This document shows, in pieces, positions 28,538 through 37,123 of a DNA stretch of 45,289 nucleotides; the first letter of the stretch is position 1, and each line of letters opens with the position of its first letter. The notes under the pieces are model-generated. The model saw only the letters and a program-made list of their open reading frames with translations. It did not search any database and had not been told where the DNA came from. The stretch comes from an uncultured Melioribacter sp. (GTDB taxonomy: Bacteria; Bacteroidota; Ignavibacteria; Ignavibacteriales; SURF-24), in the NCBI GenBank assembly GCA_964537965.1, contig CAZIDB010000005.1, forward strand, positions 1 through 45,289. The letters are read 5' to 3'. Both the position numbers and the translations under genes were made by a program.

Positions 28538-29047
28538 CTAATTACCTCCGGGCGGCTGTGGCGGAGGATTATCAAAATCGCAGATGAAATTTATATTTCC
28601 TGTAAACTCATTATCTTTTATTATCAACTTACCGGGATTCAGGCTGTCATTCTCAGTATAATAAATTCCAACCACAATCCAGTCTTTTCTGCTAATTGAA
28701 ATTTCCGCAGTCTTTGATTGTGCGACAGCAACGTAAGAATACTCACCCGGTTTAATTTCAATTAAAGGATTTTTTGCTGAGCTATAATAAACCGAACGTG
28801 TATTGTTTGGAATAGAATCACTGACAAAACCAAGATTGAATGCATTAAAATCGCCTATAGAATTAAGCGGATTTTTAAATGCCACAACGTGAGTGCGTGT
28901 AATTCCCTGTGGCCAGTTTCCTTTAAAAGTAATTGTTCCTCCGAATCCTGTGTTTGTTTCAATCACTTCCGGTTCAGGTGAAATTCCTAATCCGCAGCCG
29001 ATGAATAAAACTGCAAATAAAAGTATTATGGTAAACTTAAATTTCAT
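28538..29047 (-). CDS. Lipoprotein of unknown function, co-transcribed with the TonB-dependent receptor
   Basis: 169-aa ORF with lipobox LFIGC. Its stop lies 1 nt before the receptor start. The C-terminus is Pro-rich (NPPPQPPGGN). Confidence 0.6.
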   Translation of the reverse strand: MKFKFTIILLFAVLFIGCGLGISPEPEVIETNTGFGGTITFKGNWPQGITRTHVVAFKNPLNSIGDFNAFNLGFVSDSIPNNTRSVYYSSAKNPLIEIKPGEYSYVAVAQSKTAEISISRKDWIVVGIYYTENDSLNPGKLIIKDNEFTGNINFICDFDNPPPQPPGGN

Positions 29048-29200
29048 TGCGAAGCAGAATTGCCCTTAATATTAAATATTTTTTACCTGGCAGTGAATTA
29101 CAAGCTCGGTTAAATTTAATCCTGACATAATTCGTGCTTAGAATTTCACACAACTTTTATTACCAAGATAACATTTTTAAGTAATAGTCGAAAGGAATAG

Positions 29201-32143
29201 TTAGGCAAGTTTAAATTGCTGCAGAATGTGGTAAAGCATTCTGCCATCAATAAGGCAGAAATGTTTATTGTTAATACCAAGATATTTTTTACATGATGGA
29301 GAAAAAATTCCGGAAGTAATGATGAATGCTTTGGATAAATTTTTATAATCCGAGAACAAGGAAATAAATTCCTGCAGATCTTCACTGTTAATCGTTTTCT
29401 CAGCGCTAATAAGGAATAAGGCTGATTCTTCCGTTTTACCAACAAGACGAGTCCCAACAGCTACATCATCTTTTTTATCTTCCTTATATTTTAAAAACTT
29501 CAAGCTGCCGAATCCCAGTTTAACAAGAAACTTTTTCACAGCTTCTCTTAAATCGTCCTGTTGAAGTTTAAGGTAATCTTCAAATGTAATTTCAGGATTA
29601 ACGGAGGTTACTTCAATCATCTCCTGCGCTTTAATGTTGAAAAGTGAAAGCAATTCTTCAGTTGGAATTAAGTCAGATAAAACCGAAGGAGTGAAGCCTT
29701 CGTATACTTTAAGCTGCATCAAACCGCTTTTGGATAAAAGCATATAAATTTTTTCTACAATTGTATCTTTTGTAAGATAAGAATAGATATTAACTGGTGT
29801 CTTTCCGCTCATCTCTATTTTATCCTCAAGCTGCGATACAGATGCAGGATTCCAGGAATGATCGAAATGAATGATTGTCGAAAAATCTCCCGGCTTGAAT
29901 TTCTTCTGGACTGCTTTTGAATCAAGAAGGAAAACGCGGACCTTGCCGGACTTAAAAGCCTGTGTGGCCTTTTGAATAGAACCTTCCTGCATACCGATTT
30001 TTATTAGAGAATAATCAATTCCGTTACTTTGTAAAAGTTTTTCAAGCTTATCAAGCCCGTATTTCTCATACTGGGAGAAGATAAGGATTCTTTCTTCCGA
30101 GTGTAGTAAATAATCCAACAGGTAATCAGCCTTGGGATTAGTAAATTCCCTGGAAGCAAAGTTGCATACCTGCATAAGCTGGTTTATCAGACTGAAAATC
30201 TGCGGGCGTACTATATAATAATTCCCACGTTCAATTGTTGAGTAAATTTTTACTTCAGCTTCCTGGATTGCAATATCATATTCTTTAAGTTGTTCTTCTG
30301 TAATGTTAAACCATTTGTTGTGGAAAATCTTTAACGGTAATTGCTGCTGAACTTCTTCTTTCTTTCTTTGAAGTATATAAGAATTCAATTCATCTTCAGC
30401 CGGTTTGGCAGAAAACAGTGTGGTAATAAGCGACTTGAAATTATCAACAATCAGATTCGCTTCATCGTGTACTTTATTTGACAGCAACCAAAGATAGTTC
30501 AGGCTGCTGAAAGTAAAAATTCCTGTAATAAAATTTATAGCTTTAATTTTCTGGAATGAATCAATAACAAGGCAGTCAAATTTTGCAAACTGTTTAGAGT
30601 TAATGCTTTCTGCTTCAGCATTTTCCTTAAGAAGTTTGTAATCGATAATTGCAACATCAAATGCTTTTCTTTGCTTAGAAATTTGTTCGGTTGAGGAAAT
30701 GACATTAACCTTAAGTTCAGGGGCAAATGTATTAAATAAACCTTCCCAGCCTTCCGGATTTCCGCTTGAGTTAGTTAGAAATGAACTGCCGATATCAAAA
30801 CTATCAGAAACGATAAGCGCTTTTTTAATTCTTCTTTTGGAAAGAAGAATTTTTAAAGCATAAATTGTCTGAACAGATTTACCAAGACCATGATCATCTG
30901 CAAACAAGGCGAAGTTATTATTTATAAGAAACTGAACTCCATCTTTCTGGAATTGATAAAGACCTTCCACCTGGTTAGTAGTAAACTCCAGGTTAAGCTT
31001 TTCCATACTTGAAAGTACAGGGAAAGCAGCCGTACTTTTTACAATTAAATCAGGTTGCTTCCAACCTGCAAAATCAAGGGTTATTCTTGAAACGAGCGAT
31101 GACGCTTTATAATTAAAAATCCATGAAGAAGGAATCGTTTGTATATTAGTGTCAAATGAAAATGAAACCGGGGTACTCATTAGTCTGCTTTCAAAAGACC
31201 AGTAATTGTAAGTGAACATGCTTTCCTGTGCAGATAGCTGAAGTTTGTTCAACTTATAAACTTTCGCCTTTGTCAGTCCTTCGATTGATGGTATTTCAAA
31301 TGAAGCTACTTCTGATTTTCTGTGAAGCCCGGAGAAACTGTAATCATAAATTGTCGTACTGAATTTTTCAACATTAAGCAACTTAATATTATAAACTGTT
31401 GTTGGCGGGGTAAGCAGGTTTTCAGAAGCAGTAATCGATTCAAAGAAATATTTTGAAGTGGTTTTATCGGTTATAAACTTAGCGTCTTTTCCGGTCTGCA
31501 ATAAATTCTCTGACAAGTTCTGCTTTTGTATAAAATACTGTTCTTCAGATATTACATCGGTAACAGCTCTATCGATACTTATCTTCCAACTGCTTAGCTG
31601 TTTCATTTGATCTATGAATCTTAATTTATCCTGGAAGCTAAAAGTATCTTTTATTGACTTATTAGAATCATCAAAAGAATATAATCTTTTGGTAAGAACA
31701 GGTTTTACTTTATGTTTGAAGTTATAAATTCCCGGAGTTTTGAAATACTCTTTAAGAATTGTTGTATGAACAATTTCTGCTTTTGTTTCAGAGGGAGTTA
31801 AATTTTTACCGACTTCCGTTTTTACAAGTACAAAGAAAAATCTTTCTGTCTTAGCCGGTTTAAATATTGCGCTTATATTTTTAGTTGCCTTGGCAAGAAG
31901 GAATTTGTTGAAAACCTTTTTGTCAAATAATCCGCGTGAATAAACAAATGTAGTGGCATCAAAAGTTTTAGTCGGTTCAAAAGATGAATCTAATGACGTT
32001 TGCTTGATTTTTTTTACAGGTGGGAAATCAAACGTCCTTTTTTCTATTGTGGGCTTTTTAAGCCACCTATTCCAATGCCAATCGTCTGGTCTGTCAATTT
32101 TATCAATTGACTCCGCGACTTTCAGCCGGGCTTTTTTAAGCAT
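29201..32143 (-). CDS. SNF2-family helicase-like protein with degenerate catalytic motifs, unknown 390-aa N-terminal region and C-terminal Mrr-like (PD-(D/E)xK-type) domain
   Basis: 980-aa ORF. The SNF2 scaffold is recognisable: motif I ADDHGLGKSVQ (GLGKS at 30875-30889), WEGLFNTFAPELKV, LQRKKEEVQQQLPLK, ILIFSQY and IIHFDHSWNP. Motif II reads VIDSFQ instead of DExH/Q (DSFQ at 30551-30562). Motif III TGTP is replaced by SNKV. Motif VI reads QLEDKIEMSGK instead of QAxDRxHRIGQ. C-terminal aa 860-975 follow an Mrr_cat-like pattern (LGFGS...DDVAVG...FLISAEK...AFIITSGIFS...CLIDG). Confidence 0.7.
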   Translation of the reverse strand: MLKKARLKVAESIDKIDRPDDWHWNRWLKKPTIEKRTFDFPPVKKIKQTSLDSSFEPTKTFDATTFVYSRGLFDKKVFNKFLLAKATKNISAIFKPAKTERFFFVLVKTEVGKNLTPSETKAEIVHTTILKEYFKTPGIYNFKHKVKPVLTKRLYSFDDSNKSIKDTFSFQDKLRFIDQMKQLSSWKISIDRAVTDVISEEQYFIQKQNLSENLLQTGKDAKFITDKTTSKYFFESITASENLLTPPTTVYNIKLLNVEKFSTTIYDYSFSGLHRKSEVASFEIPSIEGLTKAKVYKLNKLQLSAQESMFTYNYWSFESRLMSTPVSFSFDTNIQTIPSSWIFNYKASSLVSRITLDFAGWKQPDLIVKSTAAFPVLSSMEKLNLEFTTNQVEGLYQFQKDGVQFLINNNFALFADDHGLGKSVQTIYALKILLSKRRIKKALIVSDSFDIGSSFLTNSSGNPEGWEGLFNTFAPELKVNVISSTEQISKQRKAFDVAIIDYKLLKENAEAESINSKQFAKFDCLVIDSFQKIKAINFITGIFTFSSLNYLWLLSNKVHDEANLIVDNFKSLITTLFSAKPAEDELNSYILQRKKEEVQQQLPLKIFHNKWFNITEEQLKEYDIAIQEAEVKIYSTIERGNYYIVRPQIFSLINQLMQVCNFASREFTNPKADYLLDYLLHSEERILIFSQYEKYGLDKLEKLLQSNGIDYSLIKIGMQEGSIQKATQAFKSGKVRVFLLDSKAVQKKFKPGDFSTIIHFDHSWNPASVSQLEDKIEMSGKTPVNIYSYLTKDTIVEKIYMLLSKSGLMQLKVYEGFTPSVLSDLIPTEELLSLFNIKAQEMIEVTSVNPEITFEDYLKLQQDDLREAVKKFLVKLGFGSLKFLKYKEDKKDDVAVGTRLVGKTEESALFLISAEKTINSEDLQEFISLFSDYKNLSKAFIITSGIFSPSCKKYLGINNKHFCLIDGRMLYHILQQFKLA

Positions 32144-32145
32144 CT

Positions 32146-32676
32146 TTATTCGTCAATCTTCTGCAGGTGAACTTGTTCGCAGGCAGTTTTCAACCTGTCG
32201 AACGGTTCAATTAAATTTCTTAATGCAGAAATCTGTCCAAGCTTTTCTGCTATTTCAGGCAGCTCAGATGAAAATTTCTTTACCGTATCGATGAATATCC
32301 CTGTATCTCCCGGTAATTTTACATTGTCTTCACCTGACTTTTTGCCTTTTGCCGAGCCTTCATTGTCTTTATAAAGACGGACAGCACGAACACCCTGCTT
32401 GTTGTTTATACCTAAGAATAACGGATCTCTGAGAAGAATGAGATCGAGGTCATCTTTAATAGCGCCAAGTAAAGGAAGGGCAATAAGTTCAACAAGTATA
32501 TGTTCAAGCAGAACATCACCGTATAAAGTTTTCTGGAAGTTCGTTGGTTTTATTGGTGCAGTAACTCGGAATTCAAGAGGTTTAGTGTCTGGGTCAGTCA
32601 CAAGGATTGCGCCCATAACACCGGAGTTATCATCAAAGGTATAGGTTTCTAAGAATGCAATTCTTACTAAGTCCAT
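32146..32676 (-). CDS. Hypothetical 176-aa protein, translationally coupled partner of the SNF2-like gene
   Basis: ATG at 32676 is preceded by AGGAGAACAA. The track ORF extends to 32739 without comparable support. The stop lies 2 nt before the SNF2-like start. No signal peptide or TM segment. I recognise no family signature. Confidence 0.65.
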   Translation of the reverse strand: MDLVRIAFLETYTFDDNSGVMGAILVTDPDTKPLEFRVTAPIKPTNFQKTLYGDVLLEHILVELIALPLLGAIKDDLDLILLRDPLFLGINNKQGVRAVRLYKDNEGSAKGKKSGEDNVKLPGDTGIFIDTVKKFSSELPEIAEKLGQISALRNLIEPFDRLKTACEQVHLQKIDE

Positions 32677-32971
32677 TTGTTCTCCTAAAAATGTAATTAT
32701 GATGAATAATCGAAAAAAAAATGAATTAGTTAAATACAAATTTTACATTACAGCAAAAATTCTTTTTGGGAATTTTTCCGGAAATATATCCTTGGCCGGT
32801 ATTTAATATTCTAATAATTACTCTCTTATTTACCAAATTAAATTACTGGAAGCAGATGGTGCAAAGAACAAATCAATTTTTTAAAACTATCAATCCAGGA
32901 TCAACTTCAGATGGAATTTAATCTGGTAAGTCAGACTAAAACAGAAGTTGCATTGTGCCGTTCATTAATAC

Positions 32972-33967
32972 TTATATAACTTTCCCGATTACCCTACCTG
33001 TTAAATCCATTTCGTTAGAAATAGCAAGAACCTTTTCAACATCTTTTTCATTAACAACCGAAACCAACCCTATTCCTAAGTTAAATACTTCATACATCTC
33101 TTCATTTTTAATATTGCCTGCTTGTTGTATAAGCCGGAAAATTGGAAGCCATTCCCATGCATTCCAGTTAACTTCAAGACTCAATCCTTCAGGGATGATT
33201 CTTTTTGTGTTACCGATAATTCCGCCGCCGGTAATGTGTGAGAAACCTTTTACATCAACATTCTCTATAATTTTCCTTATCAAAGGCAGGTAAGATTGAT
33301 GAACGCTTAAAAGCTCTTCACCTAAAGCATTTGTTAAAGGAGAAGGTGTATCGGTTAATTTATATTTTTCAAGTAAAACTTTTCTTGCCAATGAATATCC
33401 GTTTGTATGAAGTCCGTTTGATGGAAATCCAACAAGAACATCCTCAGCTTTAATATTCTTACCATCAATTATTTTAGATTTTTCAACAACGCCAACAATT
33501 GTACCTGACATGTCATAATCATCAGGAGCGTACATACCGGGCATCTCAGCAGTTTCACCGCCAATTAAAGCCACACCATTTTCCCTGCATGCAATTGAAA
33601 ATCCTTCAATTATCTTTTCGGCTATATCAGGATTCAATTTCCCAAATGCTAAATAATCCATAAAATAGAGAGGTCTGGCCCCGCAAACAGCAATATCATT
33701 TACACAATGATTTACCAAATCCTGACCGACAGTGTTATGTTTATTCATGGCAATGGCAATCTTCAGCTTTGTACCAACCCCGTCAACACTTGAAACCAGG
33801 ACAGGTTCTTTATATTCTTTAACCGGAACCTCAAAAAAAGCTCCAAAATGGCCAATATCCTTAAGTACATATTTGTTAAAAGTGGATTTAACATGTGTCT
33901 TGATCCTCTGGACTGTTTCTTCACCTGCCCGAATATTTACACCGGCTGATTTATAATCTGCTTCCAT
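32972..33967 (-). CDS. purM: Phosphoribosylformylglycinamidine cyclo-ligase (AIR synthetase)
   Basis: 331-aa ORF with SVDGVGTKL, DYLAFG, GGETAEMPG and HITGGG motifs. Confidence 0.92.
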   Translation of the reverse strand: MEADYKSAGVNIRAGEETVQRIKTHVKSTFNKYVLKDIGHFGAFFEVPVKEYKEPVLVSSVDGVGTKLKIAIAMNKHNTVGQDLVNHCVNDIAVCGARPLYFMDYLAFGKLNPDIAEKIIEGFSIACRENGVALIGGETAEMPGMYAPDDYDMSGTIVGVVEKSKIIDGKNIKAEDVLVGFPSNGLHTNGYSLARKVLLEKYKLTDTPSPLTNALGEELLSVHQSYLPLIRKIIENVDVKGFSHITGGGIIGNTKRIIPEGLSLEVNWNAWEWLPIFRLIQQAGNIKNEEMYEVFNLGIGLVSVVNEKDVEKVLAISNEMDLTGRVIGKVI

Positions 33968-34083
33968 TTCTCCTCTTCATTTTTACCTGCAGAAAGTTAA
34001 AGATTATTAGGTTCTAAATCAAAAACAGCGAAACCTGAAAGTGAATTTTATTGTAAAAAATAACGTTTTCGATTAAGAGGCTA

Positions 34084-34110
34084 TTAGCACTCTCGTATGA
34101 ATAGTGCGGG
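34084..34110 (+). promoter_or_regulatory. Degenerate CIRCE-like operator upstream of hrcA
   Basis: TTAGCACTC (34084-34092) is a perfect CIRCE left arm, followed by a 9-nt spacer. The right arm TAGTGCGGG (34102-34110) matches GAGTGCTAA at only 5 of 9 positions (core AGTGC). The site is 47 nt upstream of the hrcA ATG. Confidence 0.45.
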
Positions 34111-34156
34111 AATTTTAATATATTTGTTCCGTTTTATTGCAAAAAAATTGTGACCT

Positions 34157-35200
34157 ATGGATGTAATTGAATTAAATGAACGTGAAAAATCGATACTGAG
34201 AAATATTATTAATTATTTCCTTTTGACGGCAAACCCGGTCGGTTCAAGAAATCTTACTAAAAAATATAACCTGGGGTTTTCTCCGGCAACTATAAGGAAT
34301 ATAATGTCTGACCTTGAGGACGAAGGGTTTCTTAATCATCCGCATACATCTGCCGGAAGAGTACCGACTGATAAAGGTTACCGGTATTATGTAGATTCTT
34401 TAATGGATCCACCGACTCTTGGCAACGAAGAAAAGGAATTTATTCGTAATGAGTTAAAAACCTTTACGGATGAAACCGACGAATTGTTCAGAATAACATC
34501 AATTCTGTTAAGTAATATAACTAATCAGCTTGCTTATGTTACTTATCCGAGTTTTGATTCCGGTATCCTTGAAAAACTTCAGATTGTACAACTAACATCT
34601 TCAAGATTGCTTGTGGTTGTTGCAATAAAATTAGGATTGGTTAAAACTATCACTCTTGAACTAAAAGCTGAGCTTAACAGGGATCATATAAGTTTTATTG
34701 AAAGGCTTCTGAACGAAAAACTATCCGGATTAACTTTTTCAGAGATAAGGAAAACTTTTAGTGAAAGATTTAAGGATGTAGCCGATACTTATAAGCCGGT
34801 TGTAAGAGTGTTTATTGATTCTGCGGATAAAATTTTTACCGACGTAGTCAAAAATGAAAAAGGCGTGCTTACCGGTGTAAAAAATATTCTTAAGCAACCG
34901 GAGTTTACTGATCAGCTTCACTTTCAGAATATAATTGAACTTGTTGAGGATAAAGATATAATCCTTCAGTTTATGAACGAAACTCCTTTAAACGACCAGG
35001 TGGTTGTTAAAATAGGTAGTGAAAGCAATTCTGATATTCTTAGTGATTACAGCCTTATAAGCAAAGAATATAAAATTGGCGATATTAAAGGCAGGCTTGG
35101 TATTGTTGGTCCCAAAAGAATGCAATACTCAAAGGTAATTGCCATTGTGGAATTTGTAGCCGAAAGGTTATCTGAATATTTAAAAAAAGGAAGTTTATAA
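34157..35200 (+). CDS. hrcA: Heat-inducible transcription repressor HrcA
   Basis: 347-aa ORF. N-terminal winged helix L(N)EREKSILRNIINYF...PVGSRNL...SPATIRNIMSDLEDEGFL.HPHTSAGRVPTDKGYRYYVD. Confidence 0.9.
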   Translation: MDVIELNEREKSILRNIINYFLLTANPVGSRNLTKKYNLGFSPATIRNIMSDLEDEGFLNHPHTSAGRVPTDKGYRYYVDSLMDPPTLGNEEKEFIRNELKTFTDETDELFRITSILLSNITNQLAYVTYPSFDSGILEKLQIVQLTSSRLLVVVAIKLGLVKTITLELKAELNRDHISFIERLLNEKLSGLTFSEIRKTFSERFKDVADTYKPVVRVFIDSADKIFTDVVKNEKGVLTGVKNILKQPEFTDQLHFQNIIELVEDKDIILQFMNETPLNDQVVVKIGSESNSDILSDYSLISKEYKIGDIKGRLGIVGPKRMQYSKVIAIVEFVAERLSEYLKKGSL

Positions 35201-35226
35201 AATCAAATTGAATCAAAGGAGAACCC

Positions 35227-35877
35227 ATGTCCAAAGACAGAAATGATAATAAAGAAAAGAATAAGCATAAAGATGAAAATAAAATTGAAATTGAAAGACC
35301 TGAAAAAAAAGAGTTGAAAGAAGATAAGATTCCGGATGAACAGCAGGATACTTTAAATGAAGCAACTTCGGAAAAATCAATTGATGATATTTACTCAGGT
35401 GAGATTATTGAGCTAAAAGAAAAAACAGACAAACTTGAGAAAGAAGTAGCCGATTATAAAGATCGTCTTGTACGTAAAATGGCCGAATTTGAAAACTATA
35501 AAAGACGTACCGAAAATGACCAGGTAAACCTGCTTACATATGCTGCTGAATCATTTATTGTTAAGATCCTCCCGGTTTATGATGATCTTGAAAGATCACT
35601 TCAGCATATTGATGATGAAAAAAATATTGATGCCGTTAAAGAAGGTTTGAAAATGGTGTTCAATAAATTCGGTAAAATACTTGATGAGCAGGGAGTTAAA
35701 AAAATTGAAGCTAAAGGTAAACCGTTCGATCATAATTTTCATGAAGCTTTAATGCAGCAAAAAGTTGAAGGGGTTGAACCTCATACGGTTATTGAAGAAG
35801 TTGAACCGGGCTATATGTATAAGGATAAAGTTATACGCCATACAAAAGTAATTGTTAGCGATGACGGTTCTAATTAA
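35227..35877 (+). CDS. grpE: Nucleotide exchange factor GrpE
   Basis: 216-aa ORF. Charged N-terminus, coiled coil (DYKDRLVRKMAEFENYKRR), and C-terminal FDHNFHEA...GYMYKDKVIRHTKV. Confidence 0.9.
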   Translation: MSKDRNDNKEKNKHKDENKIEIERPEKKELKEDKIPDEQQDTLNEATSEKSIDDIYSGEIIELKEKTDKLEKEVADYKDRLVRKMAEFENYKRRTENDQVNLLTYAAESFIVKILPVYDDLERSLQHIDDEKNIDAVKEGLKMVFNKFGKILDEQGVKKIEAKGKPFDHNFHEALMQQKVEGVEPHTVIEEVEPGYMYKDKVIRHTKVIVSDDGSN

Positions 35878-35910
35878 TTTGTAATCCAAAACTAAATCAG
35901 AAAAAACAGA

Positions 35911-37029
35911 ATGGATAAAAGAGATTATTACGAAGTGCTGGGTGTTGGTAAATCTGCAACCCAGGATGAAATTAAAAAGGCTTACAGGAAACTTGCAATG
36001 CAGTTTCACCCCGACAGGAATCCTGATAACAAAGAAGCTGAAGAAAAATTTAAAGAAGCCGCAGAAGCATACGAAGTATTGAGCAACGATGATAAACGAA
36101 GCAAGTACGACAGATTTGGTCATGCAGGTTTACGCGGCGGTCAGGATTTCCATGGCTGGTCAAATGTTAATGATATCTTCTCACAATTCTCTGATATATT
36201 TGGCGGCGCATTTGGCGGCGCATCTATCTTTGAAGATTTTTTTGGCGGAGGTGCTCAATCAAGAGGAAGAAGAAGAGGAAACGGAATTCCCGGCTCTGAC
36301 CTTAAACTTACTCTTAAACTTACGCTTGAAGAAATTGCGGCTGGGACAACAAAAAAAATCAAAATAAAAAAATATATTAAATGCGAGGATTGTAACGGCA
36401 CAGGAGCAAAAGGCGGTGACTCTGTAAAGACCTGCTCGGTTTGCGGTGGTTCAGGTGAAGTAAGACAGGTATCCAGATCTGTATTTGGTCAGTTTGTGAA
36501 CATTTCCACCTGCTCAAATTGTGATGGCGAAGGAACTGTGGTTGATCATCCCTGCAAAACCTGTATGGGAGATGGCCGCATTCAGGGCGAAACTACAATC
36601 AAAATAAATGCACCTGCAGGTGTTACAGACGGCAGCTATATGACTTTACGCGGAGAAGGTAATGCCGGAAAAAGAGGCGGCTACGCAGGTAACATTATTG
36701 TAGTGTTTGAAGAACTTCCACACAACTTGTTCCTTAGAGATGGTGATAATATAATCTACGAGTTATTCTTAAGTTATCCCGAAGCTGTTCTGGGATGTGA
36801 AGTTGAAGTGCCGACTTTAAATGGGAAAGCCAAATTAAAAATTGATCCGGGTACTGAAGCAGGTAAATATCTTAAGATGCGGGAGAAAGGCATTCAGCAT
36901 TTGAATCGTCATGGTGCGGGTGATCAGCTTGTTAAAATAAATATCCACGTTCCGAAGAAAATATCTTCAAAGGAAAAAGATTTATTGAAAGAACTTGGTG
37001 AATTGCCTAATATTAAAGTGCCTTCTTAA
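35911..37029 (+). CDS. dnaJ: Molecular chaperone DnaJ
   Basis: 372-aa ORF. J domain with HPD (QFHPDRNP), a G/F-rich region, and four CxxCxGxG zinc-finger repeats ([32 protein letters not shown]). Confidence 0.95.
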   Translation: MDKRDYYEVLGVGKSATQDEIKKAYRKLAMQFHPDRNPDNKEAEEKFKEAAEAYEVLSNDDKRSKYDRFGHAGLRGGQDFHGWSNVNDIFSQFSDIFGGAFGGASIFEDFFGGGAQSRGRRRGNGIPGSDLKLTLKLTLEEIAAGTTKKIKIKKYIKCEDCNGTGAKGGDSVKTCSVCGGSGEVRQVSRSVFGQFVNISTCSNCDGEGTVVDHPCKTCMGDGRIQGETTIKINAPAGVTDGSYMTLRGEGNAGKRGGYAGNIIVVFEELPHNLFLRDGDNIIYELFLSYPEAVLGCEVEVPTLNGKAKLKIDPGTEAGKYLKMREKGIQHLNRHGAGDQLVKINIHVPKKISSKEKDLLKELGELPNIKVPS

Positions 37030-37123
37030 AAAATAATTGAACAGGCATTCCGGGCTTAAGTGAATGCTTAAGCTGTTGGTGTTGGAAATATTTCTTTAAG
37101 ATAAATTCAATAAAAATATTTTT

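Noticed and set aside
28537-28575. N-terminal extension (MIILRHSRPEVIR) of the TonB-dependent receptor ORF.
   Set aside because: It would overlap the upstream lipoprotein gene by 38 nt and place charged residues ahead of an otherwise canonical signal peptide. The ATG at 28536 gives a normal signal peptide.
29146-29457. 103-aa ORF overlapping the 3' end of the SNF2-like gene and extending into the spacer.
   Set aside because: It lies in a different frame of the same strand as a well-supported 980-aa ORF. It has no motif and is probably a chance ORF.
32677-32739. 21-codon N-terminal extension of the small partner ORF.
   Set aside because: The internal ATG at 32676 has a strong AGGAGA ribosome-binding site at the correct spacing. 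The extension is hydrophobic low-complexity sequence with no ribosome-binding site.
790-36367. Many 60-124-aa ORFs in the track that lie inside, or antisense to, the large genes. Examples: 790-1035, 1621-1932, 2206-2457, 4745-5059, 7097-7381, 12149-12457, 13833-14054, 16597-16860, 17170-17575, 17981-18271, 21176-21508, 24616-25026, 32399-32644, 32955-33293, 35749-36123, 36089-36367.
   Set aside because: Each is fully nested in a longer ORF that has clear family motifs. Their translations are low-complexity or hydrophobic runs, as expected from AT-rich antisense frames. None has a ribosome-binding site or a domain signature.
37043-37069. Hairpin GCATTC/GAATGC after dnaJ as a terminator.
   Set aside because: It has only 6-8 bp with a wobble pair and no trailing T-run. 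That is too weak to call.
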